Shown piece after piece: positions 51,409 through 62,071 of a stretch of DNA of 64,000 nt; positions within the stretch are counted from its first letter, which is position 1, and each line of letters starts with the position of its first letter. Under the pieces are notes generated by a model that was given only the letters and a program-made list of their open reading frames with translations, was not told the origin of the DNA and ran no database searches. The stretch covers positions 2,208,001 to 2,272,000 of the forward strand of contig OZ242214.1 in assembly GCA_965206595.1 (NCBI GenBank). The letters are read 5' to 3'. The stretch comes from Candidatus Latescibacterota bacterium (GTDB lineage: Bacteria > Latescibacterota > UBA2968 > UBA8231). The position numbers and the translations under genes are program-made.

Positions 51409-52350
51409 TTACCGCCGCGGCCGCGACCGGTACCAGTCGATGGTCCTGCGCAGGCCCTCCTCGAGATCGACGGAGGCGCGAAAACCGAAAGCCCGGGCCG
51501 CTCTCGAGGTGTCGACCCTTCGCCGCTCCTGTCCGTTCGGGCGGCTGGTGTCCCAGAGGACCTCGCCGCGGTACCCGATCATCTCGCACAACAGCCCGGC
51601 CAGCCCGGCGATGGAGATCTCCCGTCCGCTGCCGAGGTTCACCGGCTCGGCCCCGTCGAACTTTTCCGCGGCGAGGAGGATTCCCTCCGCGGCGTCCTCG
51701 ACGAACAGGAATTCCCGGGTCGGGGTGCCGTCTCCCCAGAAGACGACCCTGTCCTCCCCGGATTCCTGCGCTTCGGTGATCTTCCGGATCATCGCCGGGA
51801 TCACGTGCGAGGAGGCGAGGTCGAAGTTGTCCCCAGGTCCGTAGAGATTGGTCGGCAGCAGGTAGATGGCGTTGGTGCCGAACTCCTGCCGGTAGGCCTG
51901 CGCCTGCACGAGGAGCATCTTCTTCGCCAGGCCGTACGGGGCGTTGGTCTCCTCGGGGTAGCCGTTCCAGAGATCGGCCTCGGCAAACGGCACCGGCGTG
52001 TGCGCGGGGTAGGCGCAGATCGTGCCGACGGCGACGAACTTCGCGATCTCGAAGCGCCGCGCCTGTTCCATCAGCTGCACCCCCATCATCAGATTGTCGT
52101 AGAAGAAGGAGCCGGGGCTCGCCTGGTTTGCCCCTATGCCCCCCACGGTCGCCGCGAGGTGGATTACCATGTCGGCCTGGGCCTGCTCGCAGAGGCGCAC
52201 GACCGCGTCCTCCCGCCGCAGGTCGAAATCCCGCGAGCGCGGCACGATGATTTCGCCGCAGTTCCGCCCGGCGAGCCGGGAGACGACGCGCGATCCGAGG
52301 AAACCGGCCCCCCCGGTTACGATCACCCGTCGCGATTGCCAGAAACTCAC
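51409..52350 (-). CDS. fcl: GDP-L-fucose synthase
   Basis: [36 protein letters not shown]...SHVIPA and [10 protein letters not shown] motifs. Confidence 0.92.
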   Translation of the reverse strand: MSFWQSRRVIVTGGAGFLGSRVVSRLAGRNCGEIIVPRSRDFDLRREDAVVRLCEQAQADMVIHLAATVGGIGANQASPGSFFYDNLMMGVQLMEQARRFEIAKFVAVGTICAYPAHTPVPFAEADLWNGYPEETNAPYGLAKKMLLVQAQAYRQEFGTNAIYLLPTNLYGPGDNFDLASSHVIPAMIRKITEAQESGEDRVVFWGDGTPTREFLFVEDAAEGILLAAEKFDGAEPVNLGSGREISIAGLAGLLCEMIGYRGEVLWDTSRPNGQERRRVDTSRAARAFGFRASVDLEEGLRRTIDWYRSRPRR

Positions 52351-52363
52351 GCTGCCTCCTCGC

Positions 52364-53995
52364 CTACCGCGGCGGCTGTTTGCCGGCCACGTGGTATATC
52401 GTCAACTCGGGCCCGGGGCGGACCACCGCGTCGAAGCCCGCCACCGGGATGTAGAACGCATCGGCGGCGTCGAACACCGCTTCCTGCGACCTGCCCTCGA
52501 CGAAGGGGCTGAACCTCTTGACCACGGTGCCTTCCTTTTCGAGGAGATCGCCGACCGCCGGGGGCGGCTGCGGCGAATAGGCGGAAATGGGGTGGCTGTC
52601 GACGACGAACCAGGCGGAGCGGAAGCGCCGCGGGTTCCGCGCCCTCGCGTCCCGGTAGCCGGTGAAACTGACGTACGCATCCGGACCGGGCAATTGGGGT
52701 CGGGCGTACCTCAGGCGGCCCCGGGCGACGAGGACATCCCCTTCCGGGACGTTGGCCTCGATCCATTGGCGGGCGAGCTGTCTCGTGTCGACCCGGGCGG
52801 CGATGCGGTTGAAGGAGACGGTGCGCCAGGCCGGCTCGGCCGCAGCCAGCAGGACGACCGCGGCGGCCGCGGCCAAGCTCCAGCGGCTGCCGAAAAACCT
52901 CCGGCAGGCAACGAGAGCCGCATTGGCGGCCAGCAGGCAGAGCACCGGCATCGGCAGGGCCATGTAGCGAAAGAACAGCACCACCGTGAGCGAGCACGCC
53001 GCCAGCACCGCCCCGGAAAAAGCCAGCAGCAGGAGCGCCGCATCCCCTCCGGGCTGGCGGCGAACCGCCTGGTACAGCGCGTACCCGGCGCCGGCGACCG
53101 CCAGGGCCGCGAGGAGATACCCGGCGCCGTAGCGGAGCCCGAAGCCGAAGATCCAGGGCAGGCCGGCGCTCAGCTCTCCTGCCGGCAGGCCCTCGCCGCG
53201 CAGCAGCTCCCCGGTGATGAAGGTCGACACGTCCTCCCGGAACCGGCCGCTCTCGAGAAGAACGAAAGGCGAGGTGCAGGCAAAGGCGGCGACCGCGGCT
53301 GCCAGCGCCGCCAGGGGCCGGTCGAGGAGCAGCGGGCGGGACAGCTCGCCGCGGCGGGCGCGCAGGGCCAGGAGGTGGGCGGCGAAGCAGGGGACCGCCA
53401 GCAGCGCGGCGGTGTATTTCGTCGACACCGCGAGGCCGGCGAGCCCCCCGGCGAGGAGGTAGTCGGCCATGCCGGCGCGGCGCGCCAGGCCCAGGAGGCG
53501 CCACAGGACCAGGGTGGCCAGCAGCGCCGCGGGCACGTCCGTGGTGGCGAAATGGGATTCCCTGGCGTGCGAGAAGTTGAGGGCGAGCAGCACGGCGCCG
53601 AGAAGTCCGGTGCCGCGGCCGAAGGCATCCCGCCCCAGCAGAAAGGTTGCGAAGACGCCGGCGACCCCGAGGGCCGCGGTGGTGAGCCGCGCCGACAGGT
53701 AGACGGGGACCGCCTCCCGCGCCGCAACGAAGGCGGCGAAGGTCTCCCCGCCGAAGGCGCCGAACAGCTCCCCCAGGGTCTTCACGGCGCCGAGGACGAG
53801 GGCGGTCGCGTATATGTAGAGGGACGGGTAGACGTAGAACCCGGGGTCTACCTGCCCCTGCAGGACGCGGAACGCCTTGAGCGCGATGTAGCCTTCGTCC
53901 GGCCGGTAGCGGCCCGGGAAACCGAAGTCGATCGACCACAGCCTCAGGGCCGCGGCGGCCACGAGCACCGCGGCGAGGATCCAGCGCTCCCGCAT
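52364..53995 (-). CDS. GT-C glycosyltransferase (GT39/PMT_2/ArnT-like)
   Basis: PDE motif after the first TM segment, F..YP.LY, SHFATTD and GLAVSTKY motifs. Confidence 0.82.
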   Translation of the reverse strand: MRERWILAAVLVAAAALRLWSIDFGFPGRYRPDEGYIALKAFRVLQGQVDPGFYVYPSLYIYATALVLGAVKTLGELFGAFGGETFAAFVAAREAVPVYLSARLTTAALGVAGVFATFLLGRDAFGRGTGLLGAVLLALNFSHARESHFATTDVPAALLATLVLWRLLGLARRAGMADYLLAGGLAGLAVSTKYTAALLAVPCFAAHLLALRARRGELSRPLLLDRPLAALAAAVAAFACTSPFVLLESGRFREDVSTFITGELLRGEGLPAGELSAGLPWIFGFGLRYGAGYLLAALAVAGAGYALYQAVRRQPGGDAALLLLAFSGAVLAACSLTVVLFFRYMALPMPVLCLLAANAALVACRRFFGSRWSLAAAAAVVLLAAAEPAWRTVSFNRIAARVDTRQLARQWIEANVPEGDVLVARGRLRYARPQLPGPDAYVSFTGYRDARARNPRRFRSAWFVVDSHPISAYSPQPPPAVGDLLEKEGTVVKRFSPFVEGRSQEAVFDAADAFYIPVAGFDAVVRPGPELTIYHVAGKQPPR

Positions 53996-54783
53996 CAGCC
54001 GGCTTCGACCCGCAGGAGGCGGATGCGGACGAACATCGCGGTGGCCCCGGCAGCGAACGATAGCCCCCGTTCGACGCCCCTCCAGAAGCCGAAGCTCCAT
54101 CCCGGCATGAGCGGACGCAGCGACAGCCCCCCGGACAGCAGGTAGCGGAACGGCATGTACGGTTCGACCCTGTCGAGCCGCCACTCGGGGAAGCCGCTTT
54201 CGAAGAGCGCCCTGTCCCTTGCGAAGACGATCCAGGGGAGGGCGGAGTTGGCTCCCGTCATCGGGCCGGTTCCGGGAGCTTCCCACTCCCGTGCCTGCAC
54301 GTCGATCTCCTCGTGGTGGAGGTTGCCGTAGAGGAACCGCGACCAGGATGTGCACCAGGGCTCGATCATGACCACGGCCCCCCCGGGCCTGACGCAGCGC
54401 GCCGCTTCGGCGAGGAAGCGGCGCGGTTCGGTGAGGTGGTGGAAGACGTTGGTCATGGCGACCCCCCGCAGGGCGCCGCCGGCGAACGGCAGGCGCTGCC
54501 CGTCGAGCACGAGGTCGAGGCTGTCCGAGAACACCAGGTCGGAGCTGAAGCAGCCGCGGGTGCGGTCCTCGAGTAACCCACCGGCCCCGGCCCCCAGCTC
54601 GAGCACGGCCCCCGGCCCTTCCGGGATCGAGGCGCTCAGCCACTCCCCCCACTCGGCGTACACGCGCCGCAGGAAGGGCTTGCCCTCGATCAGCTTCCGG
54701 TGCGCCTCGGCGCGGCCGGGAGCGTCGAGGTCGAGTTCGCGCACCGCAGGTTCGGCGAGCAGTCTGCGCAGGGCGGGGATCAC
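53995..54783 (-). CDS. Class I SAM-dependent methyltransferase
   Basis: VLELGAGAG, NVFHHL and PGG..VMIEP motifs. Confidence 0.85.
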   Translation of the reverse strand: MIPALRRLLAEPAVRELDLDAPGRAEAHRKLIEGKPFLRRVYAEWGEWLSASIPEGPGAVLELGAGAGGLLEDRTRGCFSSDLVFSDSLDLVLDGQRLPFAGGALRGVAMTNVFHHLTEPRRFLAEAARCVRPGGAVVMIEPWCTSWSRFLYGNLHHEEIDVQAREWEAPGTGPMTGANSALPWIVFARDRALFESGFPEWRLDRVEPYMPFRYLLSGGLSLRPLMPGWSFGFWRGVERGLSFAAGATAMFVRIRLLRVEAG

Positions 54784-56234
54784 GCGAACTTGAGCTTGCG
54801 CATGGCGATGGCCGTCATCTTCAGCAGCAGCCAGCCGTGGCGGAAGCGCTGGATCTGGGTGCTCCCGTAGCGTCTCTCGCGGTAGCGCACCGGGACCTCG
54901 ACGATGCGCAGCTGCAGCTTGGCGGCGCCGAAGAGGAGGTCGAAGTCCCCGAAGGGATCGAGGTCGCCGAAGTAGCCGCGCCCCGCGGCGATGCGCGCGT
55001 AGTCCCTGGCGTACAGAACCTTGGTGCCGCACAGGGTATCGCGGATGCGCTGCTCCAGCAGGTAGGTGAAGGCGATGCTGAAGAGCTTGTTGCCCAGCAG
55101 GTTGAGAAGCCGCATCGCCTGGCGTTCCATCGGGTAGACGAGGCGGGTGCCGTTGATCAGCTCCCCCCGGCCCTCGACGAGGGCGTCGAAGAACCTCGGC
55201 AGGTCCTCCGGGGCCACCGTGAGGTCGCCGTCGAGGATCATCAGCACCTCCCCGCCGGCGCGGGCGAAGCCGCGGCGGACCGCGTCCCCCTTGCCGCTGC
55301 CGTTCTCCTGGCGGACGAGCTTGATGTCGCGCTGGGGATAGGCGGCGATGACGCGCTCGATCTCCTCGGCGGTGCCGTCCTCGGAGCCGCCTTCCACGAA
55401 GATCAGCTCGGTGTGAGAGCCGATGTCGGGGGTGCGCAGGACCGCCTGCTCGACGTTCCCCTTCTCGTTGCGGCAGGGTATGACGACCGAGCAGGCCGGC
55501 GGCTCGGGGCGCGCCTCCGGGACCGCGGGGCGGGCGACGGCGAACTGCGACAGGCAGAGCCTGCGGATGCCGGGAAGCCTGGCGAGGAAGCGGTTGACGA
55601 AAGCGGACAGCAGCGGCAGCCGCCGCGGTGCCAGGAAGCGGTACCCCGTGTTGACCGTCTCGAACCCGGTCAGGTAGAGCAGGTTCCCGATGTCCTCGGA
55701 GGAGAGCCAGTTCTGCAGCGGCACCTTCATCTTCAGCCGCAGGACCTCCCCGAGCTTGAGCAGCGGCTCCCACAGGTAGTTGAAGCTGGTGACGATTATG
55801 CGCGTATGCGGCGCCGACACCTTGTGCAGCTGAGCGAAGGCGCGCTGGACGTCGAACAGGTGGCCGACGACGTCGGAGAGGATGACGTAGTCGAAGGTCT
55901 CGTCGACCTCGAGGTTCTCGGCGTCGCCGGCGCGGAACTCCAGGCAGGGGTGCTTGGCCGCGGCCAGCTCGACCATCTTCGGGCTGAGGTCGATGCCGAG
56001 CCCGCGGCCGGGAGAGACCGCGGCGAGGAGGCCGCCGGTGCCGCAGCCGATCTCGAGGACACTCGACCCGGGCGGAATCACGAAGCGGCAGAGGTCGGCT
56101 ACCTGCCGGTAGTAGTAGCGGTTGCGGCGCAGCCAGCGCTCGCGCTCCGGGGCCAGGGCGTCGAAGAGCGGGGCCATGCTCTCCGGGCGCAGGGCGGGGC
56201 CGCGTCGGCTTGCGTAGGGGAGCCAGCCGGTCAC
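54780..56234 (-). CDS. Methyltransferase-GT2 glycosyltransferase fusion
   Basis: VLEIGCGTG; SVVIPCRNE, ILDGD and DTLCGTK motifs of polyprenyl-phosphate GT2 enzymes; alternative start at 56178. Confidence 0.88.
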   Translation of the reverse strand: MTGWLPYASRRGPALRPESMAPLFDALAPERERWLRRNRYYYRQVADLCRFVIPPGSSVLEIGCGTGGLLAAVSPGRGLGIDLSPKMVELAAAKHPCLEFRAGDAENLEVDETFDYVILSDVVGHLFDVQRAFAQLHKVSAPHTRIIVTSFNYLWEPLLKLGEVLRLKMKVPLQNWLSSEDIGNLLYLTGFETVNTGYRFLAPRRLPLLSAFVNRFLARLPGIRRLCLSQFAVARPAVPEARPEPPACSVVIPCRNEKGNVEQAVLRTPDIGSHTELIFVEGGSEDGTAEEIERVIAAYPQRDIKLVRQENGSGKGDAVRRGFARAGGEVLMILDGDLTVAPEDLPRFFDALVEGRGELINGTRLVYPMERQAMRLLNLLGNKLFSIAFTYLLEQRIRDTLCGTKVLYARDYARIAAGRGYFGDLDPFGDFDLLFGAAKLQLRIVEVPVRYRERRYGSTQIQRFRHGWLLLKMTAIAMRKLKFA

Positions 56235-56572
56235 GGGGCTGCGTCTCGCGTCCTCTCGCGGGGGCGGCGTTCTTCCATGCCGGGGAACATAACGATCCCG
56301 GAGCCTGCCCGGGAACAGGAACCGCCCCGCACCGGCGCCGGCAGGCTGGTTGCCGCCCCGGGGGTGCTTGTCCGCCTTGTCTCCAAACCGGTTTCCGGTT
56401 CGTCACGTTCCGCGCCTGTCTGCGGCCGCATTGCTCGCCCTCGTCTGCAGACCAACCTTATCCGGGCTGTCGGGATGACCTGCCGCGGATGATTTGAAAT
56501 CCTTGGCGATTTCCCCAACCGGATTTGCGCAGGCGGGATATGGGCGAGACGGGAACCAGGTTGACGACAACC

Positions 56573-58810
56573 ATGAAGCGGATACGACGATCCCCCTTCC
56601 GGATACGGCTCTGCCTTTGCTTCGCCGCGGCTCTGGGATGCTCGCAGAACCCCGACGTGGAGGCCGGGGCCGGGGGCACCCGCAGCATGGCCGAGCGCCT
56701 CGAAGCGATCGCCGCCGGAGTCGACCCGGAGGCGAACCCCTACGCCAACGGGATCCGGGTCGAGCATTTCCGCCGCCGGCTGGACAGCCTGCGGACCTCC
56801 GCGGCCGCGGGGAAACCGCGCCGCGACCCGATCCTGCGCGCCCGCTTCGGCCTCGCCAACGAGCTGCTCCTGAACGGACAGTCGGCCGAGGCCGCCCGGG
56901 AGTTCGAAGCCCTGCTCGAGGAAGTGGACCAGCCCGGCACCCGCCATCGCATCCGCATCCTGCTCGGCCTCGCCTACCTGCGCCTCGGGGAGCAGGAGAA
57001 CTGCGTGATGCGGCACACCATCGACTCCTGCCTGATGCCGGTAGGCGGCGCCGGAGTGCACCTAATCGAGCGCGGCTCGCGCGGCGCCGTGCGCGAGTTC
57101 GAGAAGGTGCTGGAAACAAACCCCGGAGACCTGTCCGCCCGCTGGCTGCTCAACATCGCCTGCATGACCCTCGGGGAGCACCCCGGAAAGGTGCCGCCCC
57201 GACACCTGATTCCCCCGGAGGTCTTCGCATCGGACTACGACATCGGCCGCTTCCGCGACGTCGCCCCCGTCCTCGGCCTCGACCTGGTGGGCCTGTCCGG
57301 GGGCGGCATCATGGAGGATTTCGACGGGGACGGCCACCTCGACATCGTCGCCACCTCGTGGGGCCTGCGCGACCAGGTGCATTACTTCCGCAACGGCGGC
57401 GACGGCTCCTTCTCCGACCGCACCGGGGCAGCCGGTCTGCTCGGCATCGTCGGCGGCCTCAACGCCCTGCAGACCGACTACGACAACGACGGCTGGGCGG
57501 ACCTGCTGGTGCTGCGCGGGGCCTGGCTCAACCGCCCTCCGGCGACGGACGGGGGCTGCCATCCCAACTCCCTGCTGCGCAACCTGGGCGGGGTGGAGTT
57601 CGCCGACGTCACCGGGGAAGCGGGGCTGCTGAGCTTTCACCCGACGCAGACCGCGGCATGGGGGGACTGCGACAACGACGGCTGGCTCGACCTCTACATC
57701 GGCAACGAGAGTCTGGGAGCCGCCAGGCACCCGAACGAGCTCTACCGCAACGCCAGGGACGGTTCCTTCCGCGACCTGGCCGCGGCCAGCGGAGCCGCCG
57801 TCGAGGGGTACGTGAAAGGGGTGGTCTGGGGAGACTACGACAACGACGGGCGGCTCGACCTCTACGTGTCGCGGCTGCACGAGGAGGAGCCGAACATACT
57901 CTTCCGCAACCGCTCAGGGGATTCCGGGCACCCCCGCTTCGACGACGTCACCGCCGCCGCCGGCGTCCCGGGTCCGGCGCACAGCTTCCCCACCTGGTTC
58001 TGGGACTACGACAACGACGGCTGGCTCGACCTGTTCGTCTCCGGGTACCGGGCCGGCGCTTCCGAGGTGGCCGCCGACCACCTCGGGCTGGCGCACGACG
58101 GGGAGCTGCCGCGCCTCTACCGCAACAACCGCGACGGCAGCTTCGCCGACGTCACCCGGGATGCCCGCCTCGACAAGCCCCTGCTGACCATGGGCAGCAA
58201 CTTCGGCGATCTCGACAACGACGGCTGGCTCGACTGCTACGCCGGCACCGGATCGCCGGGGCTGGCGTCGCTGATGCCGAACCGGATGTTCCGCAACGTC
58301 GGCGGCCGCTTTTTCCAGGACGTGACCACGTCGGGGGGATTCGGCCACATACAGAAGGGACACGGGGTCGCCTTCGGGGACGCCGACCACGACGGCGACC
58401 AGGACGTGTACGCGACCATGGGGGGCGCCTACGCCGGCGACGTCTACCAGAACATCCTGTTCGAGAACCCCGGGCACGGGAACCACTGGCTCAAGCTGAA
58501 GCTCGTAGGGGTGCGCTCCAACCGGGCGGGGATCGGGGCGCGCATCAAGGTGACCGTCGTCACCGGGGAGGGTGAGCGGGCGATCCACGCCACCGTGGGC
58601 AGCGGCGGCAGCTTCGGGGCCTCGAGCTTCCGCAAGGAGATCGGCCTCGGGCAGGCGACGGCGATCCGGTCGCTGGAGGTCTACTGGCCGGCCAGCGGCG
58701 AGCGGCAGCTCTTCGAGGGGGTGGAGATGGACCGGGTGCTGCAGATCACCGAGGGAGATCCGGCCCTGCAGACGCTGCACTACGAGCCCTTCCGCCTGGG
58801 AGCCGGCTGA
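56573..58810 (+). CDS. CRTAC1-like FG-GAP / ASPIC-UnbV lipoprotein
   Basis: Lipobox LGC, DYDNDGW.D repeats, C-terminal IGLG...V.WP.SG. Confidence 0.9.
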   Translation: MKRIRRSPFRIRLCLCFAAALGCSQNPDVEAGAGGTRSMAERLEAIAAGVDPEANPYANGIRVEHFRRRLDSLRTSAAAGKPRRDPILRARFGLANELLLNGQSAEAAREFEALLEEVDQPGTRHRIRILLGLAYLRLGEQENCVMRHTIDSCLMPVGGAGVHLIERGSRGAVREFEKVLETNPGDLSARWLLNIACMTLGEHPGKVPPRHLIPPEVFASDYDIGRFRDVAPVLGLDLVGLSGGGIMEDFDGDGHLDIVATSWGLRDQVHYFRNGGDGSFSDRTGAAGLLGIVGGLNALQTDYDNDGWADLLVLRGAWLNRPPATDGGCHPNSLLRNLGGVEFADVTGEAGLLSFHPTQTAAWGDCDNDGWLDLYIGNESLGAARHPNELYRNARDGSFRDLAAASGAAVEGYVKGVVWGDYDNDGRLDLYVSRLHEEEPNILFRNRSGDSGHPRFDDVTAAAGVPGPAHSFPTWFWDYDNDGWLDLFVSGYRAGASEVAADHLGLAHDGELPRLYRNNRDGSFADVTRDARLDKPLLTMGSNFGDLDNDGWLDCYAGTGSPGLASLMPNRMFRNVGGRFFQDVTTSGGFGHIQKGHGVAFGDADHDGDQDVYATMGGAYAGDVYQNILFENPGHGNHWLKLKLVGVRSNRAGIGARIKVTVVTGEGERAIHATVGSGGSFGASSFRKEIGLGQATAIRSLEVYWPASGERQLFEGVEMDRVLQITEGDPALQTLHYEPFRLGAG

Positions 58811-58866
58811 AGCGGAGCTGGCGAGGTTTGCCGGGGTTGAGGGCGGCCGGGGTGGTGGAGCGCCGG

Positions 58867-59814
58867 CTACTTCATCTCCAGGGAGGCCTTGATTCGCCCC
58901 CAGGAAACGGACTCGACCGCGGTTCGTTCTTCAGAATCGGTTGGCTGGGCAGGCAGCAGCAGCCCGTCGAGAAAGACATCCGCTCGAAGGTCCGTTATGT
59001 CTACGTAGGAATCTTCAGTCTGTATCGATGTAAAGTATTCCCACGAGCCGGGTTTCTCGTCCCAATCATAAACCATCATCGCAAAACCGATCCCCTTTCC
59101 CGCCGCAAGATCGCTGAACGCGGTCTCCTGCGGCCCGCTGTCCCATCCCTCCCAGTGGTCGTAAGGCGTAACGTACAGCTCGATCACGCTGATGGTCGGG
59201 TTTTCCCCGGCGACCCCTCCTCCTCCGTCCCCGTAGGGAGGGAAGACCGTCCAGGAAAAACCTCCCGTCTGGCGCAGAATATCCGGGGCATTCAAGGTCG
59301 GGACGCCGGTCACAGTACGGGCAACCGCTTCGTATAGTTGGGCTTCCCCGTGAAAATCCCCCCAGTCCTCCGCCGATGTTGTAATGTCGACACCTCCGTG
59401 CCCGCCCCGGTGATCTCCGTCGACTACGAGAGCGATGCTGTCATGCTCCAGGAGTCGGAAACTGGCATCAAAGTCATGGGAGTTTGAATACTCATCGTCG
59501 CTGGACACGAAGGCGACGTACAGCCGATCCGGGTCGTCGTGCCAGGCCAGCCAGATGCGAAAATCCAGGTTGGAGGGGTCCGGCAGACGGTTGGCGTAGG
59601 GGTCGTGGAAATCCAGCAGGGTCATGGTCGGCTCGCCGACCAGGTCGTACCACTCGTCTACTGATCCGTCGTCGAGCCGGATCTCCTCCAGCATTTCATC
59701 GGTAAGCTCGGGAATGGGGAAGACGCGGTCGCCGCTGTGGGCTTCGACGGAGATCGCCAGCCCCATGAGCAGGACCAGAATCGCCTTCAATGCCTGGCTG
59801 TTGGTACGTATCAT
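58867..59814 (-). CDS. Secreted CBM9/DOMON-like protein with C-terminal TAVESVSWGRIK motif
   Basis: Signal peptide; paralog of 3386..4279. Confidence 0.75.
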   Translation of the reverse strand: MIRTNSQALKAILVLLMGLAISVEAHSGDRVFPIPELTDEMLEEIRLDDGSVDEWYDLVGEPTMTLLDFHDPYANRLPDPSNLDFRIWLAWHDDPDRLYVAFVSSDDEYSNSHDFDASFRLLEHDSIALVVDGDHRGGHGGVDITTSAEDWGDFHGEAQLYEAVARTVTGVPTLNAPDILRQTGGFSWTVFPPYGDGGGGVAGENPTISVIELYVTPYDHWEGWDSGPQETAFSDLAAGKGIGFAMMVYDWDEKPGSWEYFTSIQTEDSYVDITDLRADVFLDGLLLPAQPTDSEERTAVESVSWGRIKASLEMK

Positions 59815-59907
59815 GGGAGCCCTCCTGTCAGCTCACTTCTCGCACTTGCAGTTCACTTTGGATTTTTCCAGTCAGCTCCAACCGAGCCCTGGGCGTCCCG
59901 GCAGATG

Positions 59908-60873
59908 TCATCTCGAGGCCGGTGCTCCGGATGTCCCGCTGCGGTCGATCCGCGCCTTGATCGCGCCCCAGGCCGCGGCCCGGATGGCGCTGGCCGCCTC
60001 CGCGGAGATCCAGGCCGGGTAGATCGCGTCCGTCGCGGTCCGGGTCAGGTTGACCGGGTTCGACCCGTCCGCATCCATCACGTGGATGTCGTAGTCGCCG
60101 TCCCGGTTCGAGGCGAAGGCGATCCGCGTCCCGTCCGGGGACCAGGCGGGCCAGTAGTCGGCGAACGCCCGGTTGCGGGTGATGTCGACCGGTTCGGAGC
60201 CGTCCGCTTTCATCGTGAAGATGTCGATGTCCCCCCCGTTGCGGCGGGAGCTGAAGGCGATCGCGCTGCCGTCGGGGGACCACGCGGGGCGCGAGTCCGC
60301 GGCGGGATCGTTGGTCAGGTTGACGAGGTTGGAGCCGTCCGCGTCCATCGCGTAGACCTCGAGATTGCCGTCGCGCAGGGAGTGGAAGGCGATGCGGCTG
60401 CCGTCGGGGGACCAGGCGGGATAGGCGTCCTCCTCGGGATGGTGGGTGAGGTTTACCAGGTTCGTGCCCTCGGCATCGATCGTGAAGATGTTCAGGGGGC
60501 CGTCGAAGTCGGAGGTGACGGCGATGCGGCTGCCGTCGGGCGACCAGGACGGCAGCCCGAAGCGATGGTGGGTATCGGTGAGGTTGATCAGTTCCGAGCC
60601 GTCGACGGCCATGACCCAGAGGTTCTGGAAGCCGCTGCGGTCGGAGGCGAAAACGAACCGCGAGCCGTCGGAGGTTATCGCCGGCTCCCAGTCCCGGGCA
60701 GGGTTGTTGGTGAGGTTGACCGGGTTGGAACCGTCCTCCTCCATCACGTAGATCTCGACGTTGCCGTCGTCGCGGTTGGTGGCGAAGGCGATCTTGCAGT
60801 CGCAGCCGGCGTCGCTCCGTTGCGCCGGCAGGGTTGCCGCCAGCGCGGCGATCAGCAGGACCGATCTGCCCAT
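59908..60873 (-). CDS. TolB-like PD40-repeat protein with C-terminal SAI...WGAIK motif
   Basis: Repeated PAWSPDG.RIAF.S.RDG motifs; signal peptide. Confidence 0.88.
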   Translation of the reverse strand: MGRSVLLIAALAATLPAQRSDAGCDCKIAFATNRDDGNVEIYVMEEDGSNPVNLTNNPARDWEPAITSDGSRFVFASDRSGFQNLWVMAVDGSELINLTDTHHRFGLPSWSPDGSRIAVTSDFDGPLNIFTIDAEGTNLVNLTHHPEEDAYPAWSPDGSRIAFHSLRDGNLEVYAMDADGSNLVNLTNDPAADSRPAWSPDGSAIAFSSRRNGGDIDIFTMKADGSEPVDITRNRAFADYWPAWSPDGTRIAFASNRDGDYDIHVMDADGSNPVNLTRTATDAIYPAWISAEAASAIRAAAWGAIKARIDRSGTSGAPASR

Positions 60874-60929
60874 GGCGAGCTCCTCCGGAAAAACCGGCGC
60901 CCGCGAGAGGCCGCGGGTGCCGGGGGCGG

Positions 60930-62057
60930 TCAGACGCGGTTGTCCTCGATGTAGTCCCAGTCGATCTCGAAGCCGAGCCCGGGTTTCTGCGACACCATGA
61001 CGTTCCCCTCGCCGTCGAAGGGATCGCAGATCTCCTTCATGTACGGTGGCGGCACCTCGTAGGCCTCGTCGTGTCCGGGGGCGAACAGCCCGCGCTCGAA
61101 GTACTCGATGGTGTCGGCGTTGGTCGACGCATAGATGTGCAGGTTGCCCCAGCCGCCGCCGTGGATGGTCGCCCGCATGCCGAACGATTCGTACAGGGCC
61201 ACCGATTTCCTGCAGCCGGTGATGCCGTTGAAGTTGACCTCGGTGCGCCCCATGTCGGACGCCTTCCTCACGATCCACTCGGTGCGGCTGTAGGGCAGGT
61301 TGCCGAGCTGCTCGGGAGCGCAGACCGGCACCTCGAGGTTCTCCGTCAGGCGGATGTAGGGCTCGATGTTGTTCTCCGGCATCGGGCTCTCGAACCAGAA
61401 GAAATCGAGCTTGGCGATCTCCCTGCCGACGTAGAGGGCCTGCTCGTAGTTGTAGATGCCGGCCTGGTCGAGCATCAGGACGATGTCTCCGCCGACGCGC
61501 TCGCGGATCGCCTCGCAGACCTCGACGTCGTGCCGGGGAAAGGCCGGGCTGCGCGGCGCCGGCTCCATCCTGACCGGGTCGTACCACATGTAGGCGTGAA
61601 TCTTGTAGGCGGTGTATCCCTTCTTCACGCACTCCTCGGCGTGGTCGGCGAACACCTCCGGGGGCCCCATGTTCGGGTAGGAGCTGGCGTAGCACTTCAG
61701 CTTGTCGCGGAAGCCGCCGAGCAGCTTGTGCACCGGCTGCTCGAGGTAGCGGCCGGCGAAGTCCCACAGCAGCATGTCGAGCGGCATGTTTCCGCCGCTC
61801 AGCTGCCAGAACTGCTCGCGGTCCATCGGGTCGCGGCCGATGGCGAGGGCTTCGATCCAGGGGGTGAGGCGGCCGCCCCCGCGGGGGAACCAGTAGCCGC
61901 TGACCCCGGTGTCGGTCTCCAGCTCGAGGAGCGTCGTCGTGGTCTCCCCGGGCTCGGTGCGCAGCAGCTCCAGCGGGTAGATCGAGTACCCGTACTTCCC
62001 CTGGTAGCGGCGCGACATGGTTTTGAAGCGGTGCTGCTTGACTGCGGTGATTTTCAT
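60930..62057 (-). CDS. Mandelate racemase / muconate lactonizing enzyme (enolase superfamily)
   Basis: PVHKLLGG, GYTAYKIH, LMLD, WFESP and PGLGFEIDW motifs; GGAGG RBS. Confidence 0.9.
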   Translation of the reverse strand: MKITAVKQHRFKTMSRRYQGKYGYSIYPLELLRTEPGETTTTLLELETDTGVSGYWFPRGGGRLTPWIEALAIGRDPMDREQFWQLSGGNMPLDMLLWDFAGRYLEQPVHKLLGGFRDKLKCYASSYPNMGPPEVFADHAEECVKKGYTAYKIHAYMWYDPVRMEPAPRSPAFPRHDVEVCEAIRERVGGDIVLMLDQAGIYNYEQALYVGREIAKLDFFWFESPMPENNIEPYIRLTENLEVPVCAPEQLGNLPYSRTEWIVRKASDMGRTEVNFNGITGCRKSVALYESFGMRATIHGGGWGNLHIYASTNADTIEYFERGLFAPGHDEAYEVPPPYMKEICDPFDGEGNVMVSQKPGLGFEIDWDYIEDNRV

Positions 62058-62071
62058 TTTTCTCCCCCTCC

